This document shows positions 23,776 through 37,371 of a DNA stretch of 64,000 bases, piece by piece (position 1 is the stretch's first letter; every line of letters starts with the position of its first letter). Under the pieces are notes generated by a model that worked only from the letters and a program-made list of their open reading frames with translations, did no database searches and was not told the origin of the DNA. Where the stretch lies: NCBI GenBank assembly GCA_965113315.1, contig OZ220363.1; one strand, given 5' to 3'. The DNA is from Podarcis vaucheri (Eukaryota). A program made the translations under genes and the position numbers.

Positions 23776-26225
23776 TTTCCACGGGGCAATTGAAGGTAGA
23801 TCACTCTGTGGGTGGAGGGGGAAATCCTGCTGGATCAGGCCCTTAAGTGCCTTGGCCTGTCTCTGTCCATGATGGTTATATGCTTAAATACAGACTAGGA
23901 GGAAGTGGGTGTGAGAGGCTCAGGCTAGTTACTAACCCACATTTTATGTAGCTTACCATAGCTAAGGGTAGTTGGGTTGACATGTCAACTACTAATTAGG
24001 ATGATGTTGATGACTGCTTGATGACTTTGCCGTTTGGTTTATGACACTTGTAATAATTAGCTTGCACGTAACTCTTTAATGTCTTGTCTAAAGCTGATAT
24101 TTGAAATGGCTCCTTAAATTCTTAGATTTAGGAATTTAAATTTAAAGCCTGGATTTGCCAGACTTTTGAGAATTCTGTGGCCAGAGAAAAATCTATTCAC
24201 CATACAGCTTGCTGGGTAGATTTTCTTCACAAACTGGTGGTGACTATAGTCAGGAAGAACTTCCCTCTCTGCTCACACCTGTGAGTTTCATGTCCGAATG
24301 GGATGACACTATCCTCGGATGAGGCACTTCTGGTGGCTCCCCATGCCCCAGAGGTTCTGTGAGGCTTCTCCAAAGGATTGATCCTTTAGTGTGGCAGGCC
24401 CTGCCCTGTGGAACTCCCTGCCGGTAGAAGTTCAGCAGGAACCATCCTTCTCTTCTTTCAGACATCTTTTGAAAACTAGATTGCAAAGGTCTGTCTGAAA
24501 AATGCATTCCCCCCCCTCCTTTCAACTAATCAGTAATTCTTGGTGTTTTTAATTATGGCTTTATGGGCAATTTTTATTGATTTCATTTTTAAATATTATA
24601 TACAGCAGGTTATGAATACAGTGCATAAATAAATATAATGCATTCTGCTGGGTTTTATCGGGTTGATGGGGGAAGGTCACCTTAAACTCTTAATAGAAAG
24701 CCCCCTGGAGCAACCCCATCCTAAACTGTATGAAAATGTGTTGACTACTGAAGGAATTTTTATGTTCCTCAGGTTCGTCTTATACTCACTAAGACCAGGG
24801 CTTTTAGTGTGGTGAGACCTGCCCTTTGGAATGCACCCAAAGTGAATATCAGGCAGGCGCATACAGTATTTGTATTTAGGCACATGCTTAAAATGCCTCA
24901 CCTGAGCAGTGTTCCAGCTCTGTTGGTTTATTAAGGTGATCTACTGATTTGTGATGCATCTTGTTTTATAAATGTAATTTTCTGGTTGATGTTATGCTGC
25001 TGGCCATTTTGACATATTTTTCTTAATGTTGCCCAAATAGATTTTTTTTGCCCTTGCAGGCTAGGTCCACCCTTGTCTGTTCTCCATCGACTTTCTTTGA
25101 TGGCTGTATTGCTGCTTGCCTTTCTCCTGATCTGGAGGAAAAAACTAGATGTTACATGGAGTTTTACAGGCTCAGGCTGGCAGAAATGATATAGTGAACC
25201 CCCCCTCCCCCCATGGAAGTCAGGAATTGAAGGGCAAAAAAAAGTTGCTTTGTGCAGAAACTCCACTCTAAATTGAGAGCTGAGATTTCAAAATGATAGA
25301 ACTAGAGGAATTATCCAGTATTGAAGCTTTGTACTCTGAAAGTAGAGTTTTTTAACAGCTCTTTTTTCACTGGGATGATTTCTCCACAAAGGTAAACCCC
25401 AGTCATTGGAGACATTGTCTGGAGAACTGCTTGACTTGGTATAGTATGAGGAAATAATGCATAGCATGGTTAAAGAAATAATTCAAAAGAGTGAACTGAT
25501 AGTCTCAGTAGATGTTGAAATTCCTCCTTTGGAAACAATCTTGATCTCTCTTGGCTGGCTGTCACCAGATAATAATTATTTCTTCCCTGAAATATTTCTT
25601 TTGTAATCTCCAGAGTGAAACGGTGGATCTTATTTTTACAGTAAGTTTTGAGCAGCTGGTAACCTGATATGGAGCCCGGTTGCTTGAGTGCCTTAGCTCT
25701 GCTCTGCCTGGAATTGCTTTTCTTGACCTTGTTGATGATGAAGCATTTGCAACTGGCCCCCCCACTTACCTGTTGTCTTTCATAGACTAAGTGCTACTGT
25801 GATTGGCATCTCATCATTTGGGAATCAAATGAGCTTCGGATAAATGCAGCTTGATATTTGAAACTCCGGGTTGCACAGAAAGCTGGGAAAGGCTCAACCG
25901 GAGCTTGCTACCTAAAAGAATATTTGCAATTTCCCAGACTCTTTTTGAAGTGTTCTAATTGTTTTTTTAAGCAATCCACATGACAACCCTGGTAGGTCTG
26001 TGTTAGTCCAAACAGGGGTCCTATTTGTTATCCTCATCTGCACCTCAGTGACTATCCTGTTTTGCTCTGGTGAGGATGATGATGATGAGAAACTCAGCCT
26101 TCCTCTCCAAGGAGAGTCAGTGGGGATTGCCCATTGTTCTGAGCTTTAGATCAGGCATAGGCAAACTCGGGCCCTCCAGATGTTTTGGGACTACAATGCT
26201 CATCATCCCTGACCACTGGTCCTGT

Positions 26226-26988
26226 TGTTGATAAACGTCCTGAGATGCTCCTGCGTCCCGCACTCCAAGCGTCCTCTGGTATGCGCAGCTCTGGAAAAGG
26301 CATTTCCCTTCTTCTCCAGTGCGCTCAGCGACATATACAAGATGGCATATGCACACTAATCTTCTAGCATTACACAGCAAGAAGCATGAGACATCGTAGA
26401 GCTAATCTACGTATTTATTTACACACTATGTACAGACAAGGGACGTGGGTGGTGCTGTGGGTTAAACCACAGAGCCTAGGACTTGCCGATCAGAAGGTCG
26501 GCGGTTCGAATCCCTGCAACGGGGTGAGCTCCCGTTGCTCGGTCCCTGCTCCTGCTAACCTAGCAGTTCAAAAGCATGTCAAAGTGCAAGAGGTTAAATA
26601 GGTAGCGCTCTGGCGGGAAGGTAAACGGCGTTTCCGTGTACTGCTCTGGTTCGCCAGAAGCAGCTTAGTCATGCTGGCCACATGACCCAGAAGCTGTATG
26701 CCTGCTCCCTTGGCCAATAAAGCGAGATGAGCGCCGCAACCCCAGAGTCGGTCACGACTGGACCTAATGGTCAGGGGTCCCTTTACCTTTTATGTACAGA
26801 CAAGGAATTATGGTGTCCTCTCTCATCAGTTCCGAGAGAGAATAGGACGAAGTAAAAGCAAAAGTACAGCCCAACAGTACCCGCAACGGAAGAGAGAAAA
26901 GGCTGTCTTCCGTCCCCATGGTCTTCCCAGACAGGCATGTGATTTACACCAATCACATCTGCAGCATCAGATGCATAAAATGCTAACA
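26226..26988 (-). mobile_element. Solo LTR (about 400 bp excluding the nested SINE)
   Basis: TGTT...AACA termini, 5-bp TSD CCTGT (26221-26225, 26989-26993), AATAAA on the - strand near 26414. Confidence 0.82.
26440..26790 (+). mobile_element. Sauria-type SINE inserted in a solo LTR
   Basis: Same head, B box and ACCTTT tail; TSD TATGTACAGACAA at 26427-26439 and 26791-26803. Confidence 0.93.
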
Positions 26989-29847
26989 CCTGTTAGCTAG
27001 GGATGATGGGAGTTGTAGTCCCAAAACATCCTATGCCTGCTTTAGATGCTCAGTGCAGTTATGGGAAAGGTCATCCCTGCTGTTGCATAGGAATACTCCC
27101 CACCTCCAGGAAGGTGGATTGCCCCTGCTCTTCCATGGAGGTACAGTTGAGGTTGCAGAGAAGGGGAGGGCAGAATGATGGTGATCACAGATTTTGGCTT
27201 GGTTACCAAAGCCAGTCAAAATTTGCGGATCCCCATTTCCAACATTGCAGATGGAGAGCCGAGGCCTAAGAGCAACGTGGCTTGCCGGAGTGAGATTGTG
27301 GCAAAGGCAGTGCCGGATGCTGCGGAGATCTGAGAATTGTAGGAAAGAGATGTATTTATCTTTGAAATGGGAGTTTGCTGCAACCAAAAAGTGAAATGCA
27401 CCCGTGCGATTTGATGGAATCCACGTAATAAGCAAGAATTTTGAATGTGTGCAGATGATGACACTCCTCCTCCCACCGCCCCGCTGCAAAAAAAAAAAAA
27501 AAAAAAAAAAGGAAAAAGACCCAGAGCAGAGGACGGATGCTTGTAAAATATTTACAGCAAAGCACCGTAAATTGACACAATGCAACAACGCAGCCCCATC
27601 ATTGATTCACATTGAGTACCTTGTGGTTATCCCCTCTCTCATTGTTGGTATAAAGCTCCAGATTCAAGCTTATAAATACTTTATAATTCCAAAATGAAGT
27701 GTGAGCGTGTGTGTGTTCTCCAGCTGAAGCATCAGTAACACTTGCTTATCAAGGGACTCTAAACCAATTTCTTCCTGCTGACTTTTTGTACTGGCATTAA
27801 ACATGTATGAGGTCTATGGAAAAACCCAGCGGAGCAATGGAATAGTGAGCAGTGCATGCAGGCTTCCTATCTCAATCGATGACAAAACCAAACTCTGGGA
27901 AATTGTACTTTGAGAGTTTAGATCAGAAATTCCCAAGGGTCTCTGATATCAAGTGTTTTGTTTTTCCTTTTTGCAAAGCTAAGCTGTCTGCCTTGCTCTT
28001 GGAGTACAAATGATAGAAGTAGGGTAGATTAGGGACAGAGACAGCTTTTCTTCGGGGTTTTTTTTTTTTTTGGGGGGGGTAAAATAAAGGAATCATTGTC
28101 TGTGGTGTCTGTGTGTGGAGGGGGAATTGCTCAGTAGTAGGACACCCTAGAAATTCCTGGTAAAAAGGATCAGGTAGGAGGCGATAGGAAAGACCTCCCT
28201 CTGCTGAAGACTGTTGAGGACCATTGGTAGTCAGAATTGTCAATGCTGGGCTGGTTTAAGGTCATTTTACTTTCTGCTGTTGTTTCTTTTTGGACAGAAA
28301 TAATCAAAAGAGAGATCAGTACCACAATACTGAAACTGTTAAACCGCAATCCACTATCTTCAGGTGTGGGGAACGTTTGACCCTCCAGATGTTGAACTAC
28401 AACTCTCAACAGCCAATTGCCAGTTGCTACTTCTGGAGGGCTAAAGGGTCTCCACACCTGCTCTATAGTCTTCTGACTCCAGTTTTAGACAAAACAAGGT
28501 AAACTAATATGGGTAAAATCCAGTGTTGTCTGAGCAGAAGTCTTCACCCCAGTGCTCTGGGGTTTGGGGTGCAGCGAATTGCAATCATTTGAGTGGACGT
28601 CATGACACTCAGGAGCAGACATACCAGTTTGAGTGAAATTACACCAAACCATAGTAAAGTAATTGTAACCATGGCTTGGTATGCTATCTCAGTAAGCAAG
28701 CACTGGCTTGCTGATAACAAACTAGACTCTGAAGTCATGGATGGGATTTGAGCACCATGGTTTACATGAAGTATGATTTGGTGTGCTGTGTGACTTGACA
28801 AACCATAGTTATAGCTTTTACTCTGCCTCTGGGAAGCCCTTGCACCAATAGAAACTGGAGCAACTGAACAGGTAGAATACGCAACTATGGCTTACCCTAG
28901 TTTGGGAACCTCAGTCCATGATTTGTTCAAAACTATGGTTAGTTCAAACCATGTTTTGGTGTGACCACCAGCTGGACCAAGCACTTTTTTAAAAACTTGG
29001 CAGGATAGAGGAGGAAAATGAAAAATAAATTGTAATGCTGCCTTTCTTTATCTTAGAATCATAGAATTGTAGAGTATAGCGTCCAAAATTATATTGTGGT
29101 CACACTCAGTAATAAGATGTCTAACTGGCAGAATGTTAACAGGTGGATCTTTCCCCATAATTTTATTTCCATACTACAAAAGGCTTACTCTGTTTAATTT
29201 ATGCCAGTCACACAGCAGTTAAAGGCACAAGGCATCATTCACTTTGTTTCTGTACCTGTATTTCTTGCTTCAAGCTGCTCCTTTTGGAAGAGAGTAAATA
29301 TCTTCTCAGAGAAGATACAGGAAATGCCTCACATTCCTTCTTTCTGGATGCTTAGCAAGAGTGATTAAGCGACTAAGCTTCCTTAGCAACAGAAGCACTG
29401 ACATATCTGCCAAATAAGCCTTAGAACATTGCCTCCATTAAAAAAAAGCCTAATCAGAGTCAGGGCTCCTGCTGGGGGGGGGTACAGAGGGTGTATGTGA
29501 AGATAAACTAGATATGGTATCAAGTTCTACCCCAAATGAACTTAATTTGCCTTCAGGTGACCTGGCAATTATGGGAACTACTTTCAGGTGTAGTTCATTT
29601 TTGAACTACTTCTGTGAACTTCATCCAGTTGAACTAGTTCAGTCCAAGTGCTAATCAAGATGCAATATGACGATAATCCCAACACTTTTTCCAGGGTGTG
29701 GGAAGGGAGAAAGATGCAAAATGCATCGCAATGTGATATCTGAAGTGAAGCTTCTTGAATATTTTAGGGTCTTTTTTTTGGGGGGGGGAACACTTCCAGA
29801 TGCTGGTGCCCCTAAACATTGGTGGAAATTAAGCTTTGTGCCCTGAC

Positions 29848-29960
29848 TAAGGCTACCAGATTTTTTTCAATAAATCCGGGGACACTTTTCAATTTTGTAT
29901 GGGGACTGATTTGTAAATCCGGGGACTGTCCCCGGGAAACGGGGACAACTGGTAACCTTA
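29848..29960. mobile_element. 113-bp hAT-type MITE
   Basis: TAAGGCTACCAG...CTGGTAACCTTA TIRs, GGGAC subterminal repeats, perfect TSD GCCCTGAC. Confidence 0.88.
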
Positions 29961-30672
29961 GCCCTGACCCCACTTACTTGTCCCTCCCTCCTTGCAATAC
30001 ATTTGGCATTGATTACAAGTTTCTCTTGCTCTGCTGGATTTAATTTGTAGCAGCACAGTGAATTCCCCCCCCCCCTTGCTTTCCACTTAGAAATGGTAAG
30101 GGGGAGAGGACTAGTAGGCAGAAGTGTCTATTGATTATTCTGTACATGAGGAAGTATAAGAAGGCTTAGAGCTGCAGGTCATCCTATTAAGAGGGTGGAA
30201 CTGTAACTTGGAGAAAGCACTTCACTTCTCTTAGCAGTTTCCCAAAAAACCTGTAAAGCCATTTTCTTGATAGGACATCTATAGAACCTATTGCATAGTA
30301 AAAAACACATACTAAGTATAAAAAACTGAAATGAGAATGATTACTGTCAGTGAAATTTGGGGGTAGCCACCCACAGATTATAAAAGCTTGAAGGAGCTTT
30401 GAGATCAGCTTGTTACACCCTGATCAGCATCTGGGTTTACTGAGTGCCACGTATGCACTACCCTCTGCTATACATTTTCTGACACCCCTTTCTGTTTTCC
30501 CATTGACTTGGTTGAAGTCTTTTTCTTCCTCCAATACCCCAAATGTAGTATTTTTCAGAACAGCAATTTGAAATCATCTGTATCTATGTATTATAATGGA
30601 TCTTCAGAAAGTGAAAAGTGTTGACATTTGTACACCGATTCCACCCTGGGCTCCATATACAGTTCATATACG

Positions 30673-30706
<34 letters not shown>

Positions 30707-30779
30707 TGTGTCTCCGTGTATGAACTACGAAGGTTGTGATTCAAGCTAAAAAACCTGAGAATTACCAAAGTGCTTAGCG

Positions 30780-31460
30780 ACTGGGATCGCTCAGTCGGTA
30801 GAGCATGAGACTCTTAGAATCATAGAATCATAGAGTTGGAAGAGACCACAAGGGCCATCGAGTCCAACCCCCTGCCAAGCAGGAAACACCATCAGAGCAC
30901 TCCTGACATATGGTTGTCAAGCCTCTGCTTAAAGACCTCCAAAGAAGGAGACTCCACCACACTCCTTGGCAGCAAATTCCACTGTCAAACAGCTCTTACT
31001 GTCAGGAAGTTCTTCCTAATGTTTAGGTGGAATCTTCTTTCTTGTAGTTTGGATCCATTGCTCCGTGTCCGCTTCTCTGAAGCAGCAGAAAACAACCTTT
31101 CTCCCCCCTCTATGTGACATCCTTTTATATATTTGAACATGGCTATCATATCACCCCTTAACCTCCACTTCTCCAGGCTAAACATGCCCAGCTCCCTTAG
31201 CCGTTCCTCATAAGGCATCGTTTCCAGGCCTTTGACCATTTTGGTTGCCCTCCTCTGGACATGTTCCAGTTTGTCAGTGTCCTCCTTGAACTGTGGTGCC
31301 CAAAACTGGACACAGTACTCCAGGCGAGGTCTGACCAGAGCAGAATACAGTGGCACTATTACTTCCCTTGATCTTAATCTAAGAGCCTTTGGTTTGAGCC
31401 CCACGGTGGGCAGGGGGTTGGACTAGATGGCCCTTGTGGTCCCTTCCAACTCGCCCATTC
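30780..31460 (+). mobile_element. tRNA-Lys-derived SINE with CR1-type tail, split by the CR1 insertion (parts about 30780-30816 and 31372-31460)
   Basis: GCTCAGTCGGTAGAGCATGAGACTCTTA / ATCT...GGTTTGAGCCCCACGGTGGGC resembles tRNA-Lys(CTT), followed by AGGGGGTTGGACTAGATGGCCCTTGTGGTCCCTTCCAACTC. Confidence 0.85.
30817..31374 (-). mobile_element. Young CR1 3' fragment, same subfamily as 8018-11038
   Basis: Near-identical reverse complement of about 10467-11030; ORF 30985..31404 matches the ORF2 C-terminus; TCTTA on both sides (30812-30816, 31372-31376). Confidence 0.95.
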
Positions 31461-31841
31461 CTTGAAATTGGTAGCCTATCAAAGGCCACACATGGCATGC
31501 GGTGAAGCTTCCAGTTCTTTTTATTAGGTTGTATCCCATCGTAGTTTTGGCCTAGTGGAAAGGGCTTACGGTGGTTCAAGCCACAGAACCCACTTGCTGG
31601 CAATGCTCAGCCTCTCCACTGTATCTCTCTCTGTGCTGTATCCCATGATGTTCTTTGTGCCTGTTCTCTCTGTGCCACATCCCACGCTGGCTGGCCTTCA
31701 GACACATCTTTCTGGCAGGCACAAGAGTCTACAGAGTCTACAGTGGGTAGAGGGAATTGGTGAAAATTGAGTGGAAATGTTTCTGCTAGTGCAAAGTCAC
31801 CACAGTATTATGACTCAGTGTGGATATTTTTGCCCGAAGAC

Positions 31842-32162
31842 CAGGGCCAGATTTAGGTTTGATGAGGCCCTAAGCTACTGAAGGTAATGGAGCCCTTTAT
31901 ATGTCCAGTTGTCCTTTGTCAACAACAAATTGTCACTGTTTCTAGTGTTGAGTATATGCTGTATGATAATTTATGCACCTAATAGGTATCTAAAGCCATT
32001 TGCCACTGTTGCTGTATGTAGGTTTTATTTTATTTGTTTTTTATCTTATATTTTGGAAATGTACATCCATGTTGTTTTTCCTTTAATTTTTTTTGGGGGG
32101 CCCCCAAGAGAGTCGGGCCCTAAGCTATAGCTTGTTTAGCTTATACGTAAATTCGGCACATG
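31842..32162. mobile_element. hAT (Tip100-like) MITE
   Basis: CAGGGCCAGATTTA...TAAATTCGGCAC(A)TG ends with GGCCCTAAGCTA subterminal repeats; TSD degraded. Confidence 0.7.
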
Positions 32163-32251
32163 CCAATGAGACTGGTAAATAATAGTCAGCACCAGAAGTT
32201 TATACTTTTATATGTTTAAAACATGTGAACACTTGTTTAAAACATATTTAG

Positions 32252-32413
<162 letters not shown>

Positions 32414-34843
32414 TAATAAGAGTTGACTTTCGGTACGTGGGTATACTTGTGCCATGATTTCATGGCAGCTTCTCAAGCTAAAAAAAAATAATAATTACAT
32501 AATTCAATTTAACCTGTATGTAGAAGGCATTTTAATACTAAATCCAAGGAGTCCAGAGATGAAAGCTGCCAATTAAAAGCACAGAGGTAACTTTAGAACA
32601 GAAAAATCTTAAGTAGTTTATTATCACAGCAGTGTGAGCAAGATAAGGCTCCTTCTTCCAATTACTTCTGTCTTTATTTATTTTAAGTAAGCGAACAGTA
32701 TGCAAATTATCTTAGCAAATATTTAATGTGGTTACCTTTAGTGTGGGAGACTTTGCAATTAGACATTGACGTATTGCAACCAGCACTTACCCCTTCAGCC
32801 ACTTGGGCTTCTTGGTAGTAGATCTGCTCAGAAACAACATCACACCCTTGTGTGTGTGTGTATGTGGATCTCCTCTAAGAGGGATGTGTAGGTGAATAAT
32901 CCATCTTCTTGGTTTGAAATAAAGAGATTAAAATACCTTTAAAAGTGCTCTCTTACTTCAGACAGAAGTCGGTCAATATTTGGCTGGCTTTGATGTAACC
33001 CACCTTAAAAGGTCAGTGCTTCATCAACAACCTCGAGAAATCAAAGAAGATTTGGGCAGTGGTTGTAACACTGGTGTTAAACATAGACTCTCTGGGGGTT
33101 GTTTCCAAGCACTATTAGTGCTATGGATGTATAAACCAGCAATTGGCATCACACTACCAGGCAGTATTAACTCCTGTAAGGATATGTATCAGCAATAGTA
33201 ACAGCACTGCTGTGTGTGTGATGTTAAACGTATACATATCGTGACAAGTCAGAAGCTTGCTGATTATTGTCTTCTACAAATAAATTTTAGTATTTTGAGG
33301 AAGCAAGACATGCCAGGGAACCCCAAAATTTACTAAATGTCAAAAACTTTTTTTAAAAAACAACAACTGCATTTAATTTTTACAAGCAGGTTAGTCCACA
33401 TTAATCAAGGCACTTGTGTAATTGTTGCCCAGAACCTGTCTGGTAATAACTCTGATATCTACTTTAATAATAATAATAATTCTTAGAATTTTTATAGTAT
33501 TTTAGAGTGTCCGGAACACTTTACATATGCTACCCCAGCCATCTTAAAGTAACACCATAGGTCAGTGGTAGCCCCTGTTTACACTCCATCATGGATGGCA
33601 AAGGTTTGAGAGTGGCTTGGCTAATGTCATCTGGGCAGTTCATGGCAGAGGTGAGATTTTAAACGGGGGTGTCGTAGCTTGTAGTCTTAGCCATAAAGCT
33701 GTGCCAGCTACTTCTGAAAGCTTGCATGTATTGCATGCTGTCCTACATGATTACTAGAATATTTAAGCTTTTGGTTTCTCAGGATACCCAGGTTATTCAG
33801 GAACTTATGCAGAGACCAGCTTGTCAAATTGTCAAATTAACTGAAATGGGACAGTGGCAATACAAATATTCTTTTAAAGCACACCAAGCATCTTGCATTG
33901 TTGGATCTTAAAAGGTTGGACAGGAATATTGCATCAGTGACATCAGTATATATTTGTGCTGAGTATTGTTTTGTAGGAGTTCGTTGGCATGATGCTGAAG
34001 TATCTCAAAAGCTGCTTGGCTTCTCAGTCATGGTGATCTTTGTGAAGATGCTGCCTAGGCTCCAAAGAGCTACTTGGGGTGCGGTATATGCCCAAATTTG
34101 ACTGTGACTTTGTGAAGTTATAGCTAGTTGCAAAAATGTGTCACAGTGGAGCTTTTGACTCCATTGGATGCAAAGAATTTGCTGTAACTTTCTTTAGATC
34201 TTGGCTCGTTTGACTTTCTTTCTTTACTCTAAACCTCTATGTTATCTAATTAACTGAATCTTGCTTCAGATGCGAATGTTTAACCCCCACAATCAGTTTG
34301 AGCTTATGTTCTGAAAACGTGTTGGTTATGGCAAACTCTCAGGATCTGTTCTAGTAAAAGGGCATCATGGCTGCCAAAACCACCAAGAAAACAAGTAAAC
34401 TTTGAAATTAGAGACAGATCTCCAGTTGCTTTAGCTCAGAGTTTATATGGGTGAAAACGGAGGCAATAAATATATCCCACTTTCTAGTTTAAAGTTATTG
34501 TGAAATATCTTGAGAGAGAGAGAAGACTCATTTCTGAGCCTTCTCTATAGGGTATATGATGAACTGACAGTATCCTACTGGGGGTTTATTGTATTGTAAA
34601 AACTAATTTAGACAGTATTCCCCGCCCCCACTCAATTTTTAAAAGGTATTTAAATTCTACGAATAGTAACAGTACAACCCCGTGTTTGCTTATTCAGAAG
34701 TTAATCCCTCTAAATTCAAAATAACCTATTCTCAGGAAAACATGAATAAGATTACAGTTTGCTATAATTTTTGATTTTGAAAACCAAGTGGATGTGCTTG
34801 CATTGCTTCATTTGACAGACTGAAGAAAACTTTTTTGCCTGTA

Positions 34844-34849
34844 TTTATT
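34844..34849 (-). terminator. Probable BTBD6 polyadenylation signal (AATAAA)
   Basis: TTTATT on + is AATAAA on -, about 840 nt past the stop codon, followed by U-rich sequence; first such hexamer I found downstream of the stop. Confidence 0.55.
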
Positions 34850-35685
34850 GGCTAACCTTACAAAAAGAATGACAGGGTTGAGATACTATAATTGTTTAGT
34901 AAGTAAACATCCATTGGTATTGGAGCGCAATGATTTTAGCTTAATAGAACTCTTTGCAGAGATTTCAACCATTTGAGCTGCACAAAAGGTTTATGGCACC
35001 TTGTGCCAGCACAGCCCTGTATCAAGAGAAATTGGTACATCTATTGTATCTCTTATTTTGATGGACCCAATAGGACCATAGTTATCAGGGACTGTACATT
35101 TCAGCTAGCAGAAATGCCCAAGTGAATAAACTGCAAATGTTAAAGAGTTCACTGTAGTGGAAGCCTATGTGTCTTTAATACCCAATGGAGCTTAGGTTTG
35201 TATAAATGGGTGTGGGAGTGCAGCCTTGCGTTGAGCCTCTTAAGTCGTACTATATGCAAACATTAATGTGAACACAAGGGACCATGGATCCAGTAATCAG
35301 CAAAGCACACAGGTATCTAGGACAAGTAAAAATGTTTTATATTCAACAGATTCTCAAACCGCTCTACTTTAGAACATTCTGTTTGAGCCAGCTGCAGTCT
35401 GCAAGTTAGTTTATCTATATACAAAATAAACGCACGTCACGTGCAAATTTTTTAAAACATTTCCCCCTCCTGCATGTTGCAGTTCAATAATTAAGTCAAA
35501 TAGCTTATGAATAAATAAAATAAGATTAAATTCAAGAGCATTCCTTCACTTAGTTTGATAGCCAGATGGTAAGTAGACAGTTAAAAGTAGCGGAACATTC
35601 CAAATCGCCCTGGAATATTTGCAGTCAGGTCAGAGTATCCCATAATATGCAGAGCAGTCCCGGAATACATTCTAAGTGAAATGCA

Positions 35686-36718
35686 TCATGCATAGAAAAT
35701 GAGTTCAGGTATCTGCCCTCCTTGCACTCCAGTGCCGTTGGTACTGTCTGAGGAGCACTGGAACTGGAACGTCACTTTTCCACACTGTACTTCGGTCATT
35801 CCCTCTTGTCCAAAGTAACTCAGCTCATTGCCATCCAGGATGGCGCTCACATTGTAAAAGGTGTCTTGCTCCACCTGCACGGGATGCTCAAACCATACTG
35901 AGAAAGTGTTACTAGATCCATCAGAGGTAAACTTCGTCAGGTTCTGGGCAAGAACAGCTCCCAGCCGCTTCAGTTCAATTTTGACGCTGTATTCCGCCTT
36001 CCCACAACTCGACCCGTACAATCCCAGTCCGGCTATAAATATCCTTTTATCAACAGCAAACTGGATGCTGTCACACCGACCTCGGTACCTCCACTGATTG
36101 CTACGGTAGGCGGAGGACTGAAATCGGTGGCACCTTTGGGGTACAAGTCCTTTCCTCTTTGTTAGCGGAAATTCTAACTTGGGCTTATTGGCAGCAGTAT
36201 ACCACAAGAAAATATTATGCCTTTCCTCAAGCGTTAGGATGTCAGACTGAGCAGCCCCGTTGGCAAACTCTTCCAGAGTCATGGTTGGGATCCGTACCAA
36301 GTACAAAGCTTTCCCCAATACATTCCGCTTGTTCCTTGGCGTAACTGGCAGCCCTTGCCTTTTGCATTCAGCCTCAGCCCAGTTCAGGACTGCCTCAAAC
36401 ACCACAACCTCCTTCGTGTTCAGGGCTTCCCGCGTCACGATGATCTCTAGCGTCTGTTGATCTATTTCGCAGAAGCCCTCCGATTTTAGTGCCATCTCAG
36501 CCTGAGCATCAATGACTTCCCAGCAGCGCTGCGTCAGCTCCGGCTCCTCAAAGAGTCTGCTCTGAGACAGCAGAACGCAAGCATTCTTGGCCTCTAGACT
36601 GGTCTCCAGAAAATTGACGCAAGCTTTTGCTAATGCCGGGACAATGTATTTCTTGGCTGCGTACAGAGTAGCAAGCACAGTGTCTGCTTCCAGGTCAATT
36701 TCATCGCTGTACATGTAC
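35686..36718 (-). CDS. BTBD6: BTBD6 last coding exon (end of BTB, BACK, PHR)
   Basis: ORF 35686..36714 (342 aa) preceded on the - strand by a T-rich tract and gatag|G TAC ATG; TGA stop at 35688-35686. Confidence 0.97.
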
Positions 36719-36902
36719 CTATCGATGCAAAAAAAAAAAAAAGAAGAAGAAAAAAAAGAGAGAAAATCCCATTTTTAAAAAGAACAGGCATATGGTTGCA
36801 GCTAATCATTTAACATCAACCACCCTTAAAGGCCTTTAAACCCATATTCCCAAGCTGCTGAAAAGCTTTGTTTTCATCCAAGTTATCTTTACTACCACTT
36901 AC

Positions 36903-37021
36903 TTTAATAAGATTAGGAAGGCTGCAGGTTCCACATCTGGTATATGGATTTCAGATTTGACCTCTGCAAGATCTCCATAAAACATGGCGTAGAAGACAGA
37001 GCTACCAACTGCCAAAACATA
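36903..37021 (-). CDS. BTBD6: BTBD6 coding exon 3, [39 protein letters not shown](K)
   Basis: atgcag|TATGTT...TTATTAAA|gtaagt on the - strand; 119 nt, phase matches the last exon. Confidence 0.95.
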
Positions 37022-37371
37022 CTGCATTTAAAAAAAGAAGAAGAAAATCAGCCATGGTTGTAGGCAGCTATATTTAAGTAGGTAGAATTATATAATAATT
37101 TCAGTTTTAGGAGTATTTCCCCTCCCCATTTAGCTGTAAAACTTAAAATGTACACGTGAGTGTAAATTTATTTTATCTAGTGTAAGAGAAGATAACATGT
37201 TTTATACAAGTCCTTAATTGCATTTTGCAAAGATAATATGATGCGATGACCCTATAAATAAGAAAATTTTGAGCTAGGGCATGTGGAATGGTATAAGGGT
37301 CTTTCGATGGAGAACAGAACAAATAGAACCCCATAGCAGGGGAAAAGAAAGCTGTGTGTGATCCCACAAAC

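Larger units (their letters stand above)
26152..27039. mobile_element. Short palindromic hAT-type MITE split by the solo LTR
   Basis: CAGGCATAGG...CCTATGCCTG terminal inverted repeats (TIRs); perfect 8-bp TSD CTTTAGAT (26144-26151, 27040-27047). Confidence 0.88.

Noticed and set aside
30780-31410. Functional tRNA-Lys gene
   Set aside because: Mutated stems, fused CR1-type tail and a LINE insertion in the anticodon loop; it is a SINE.
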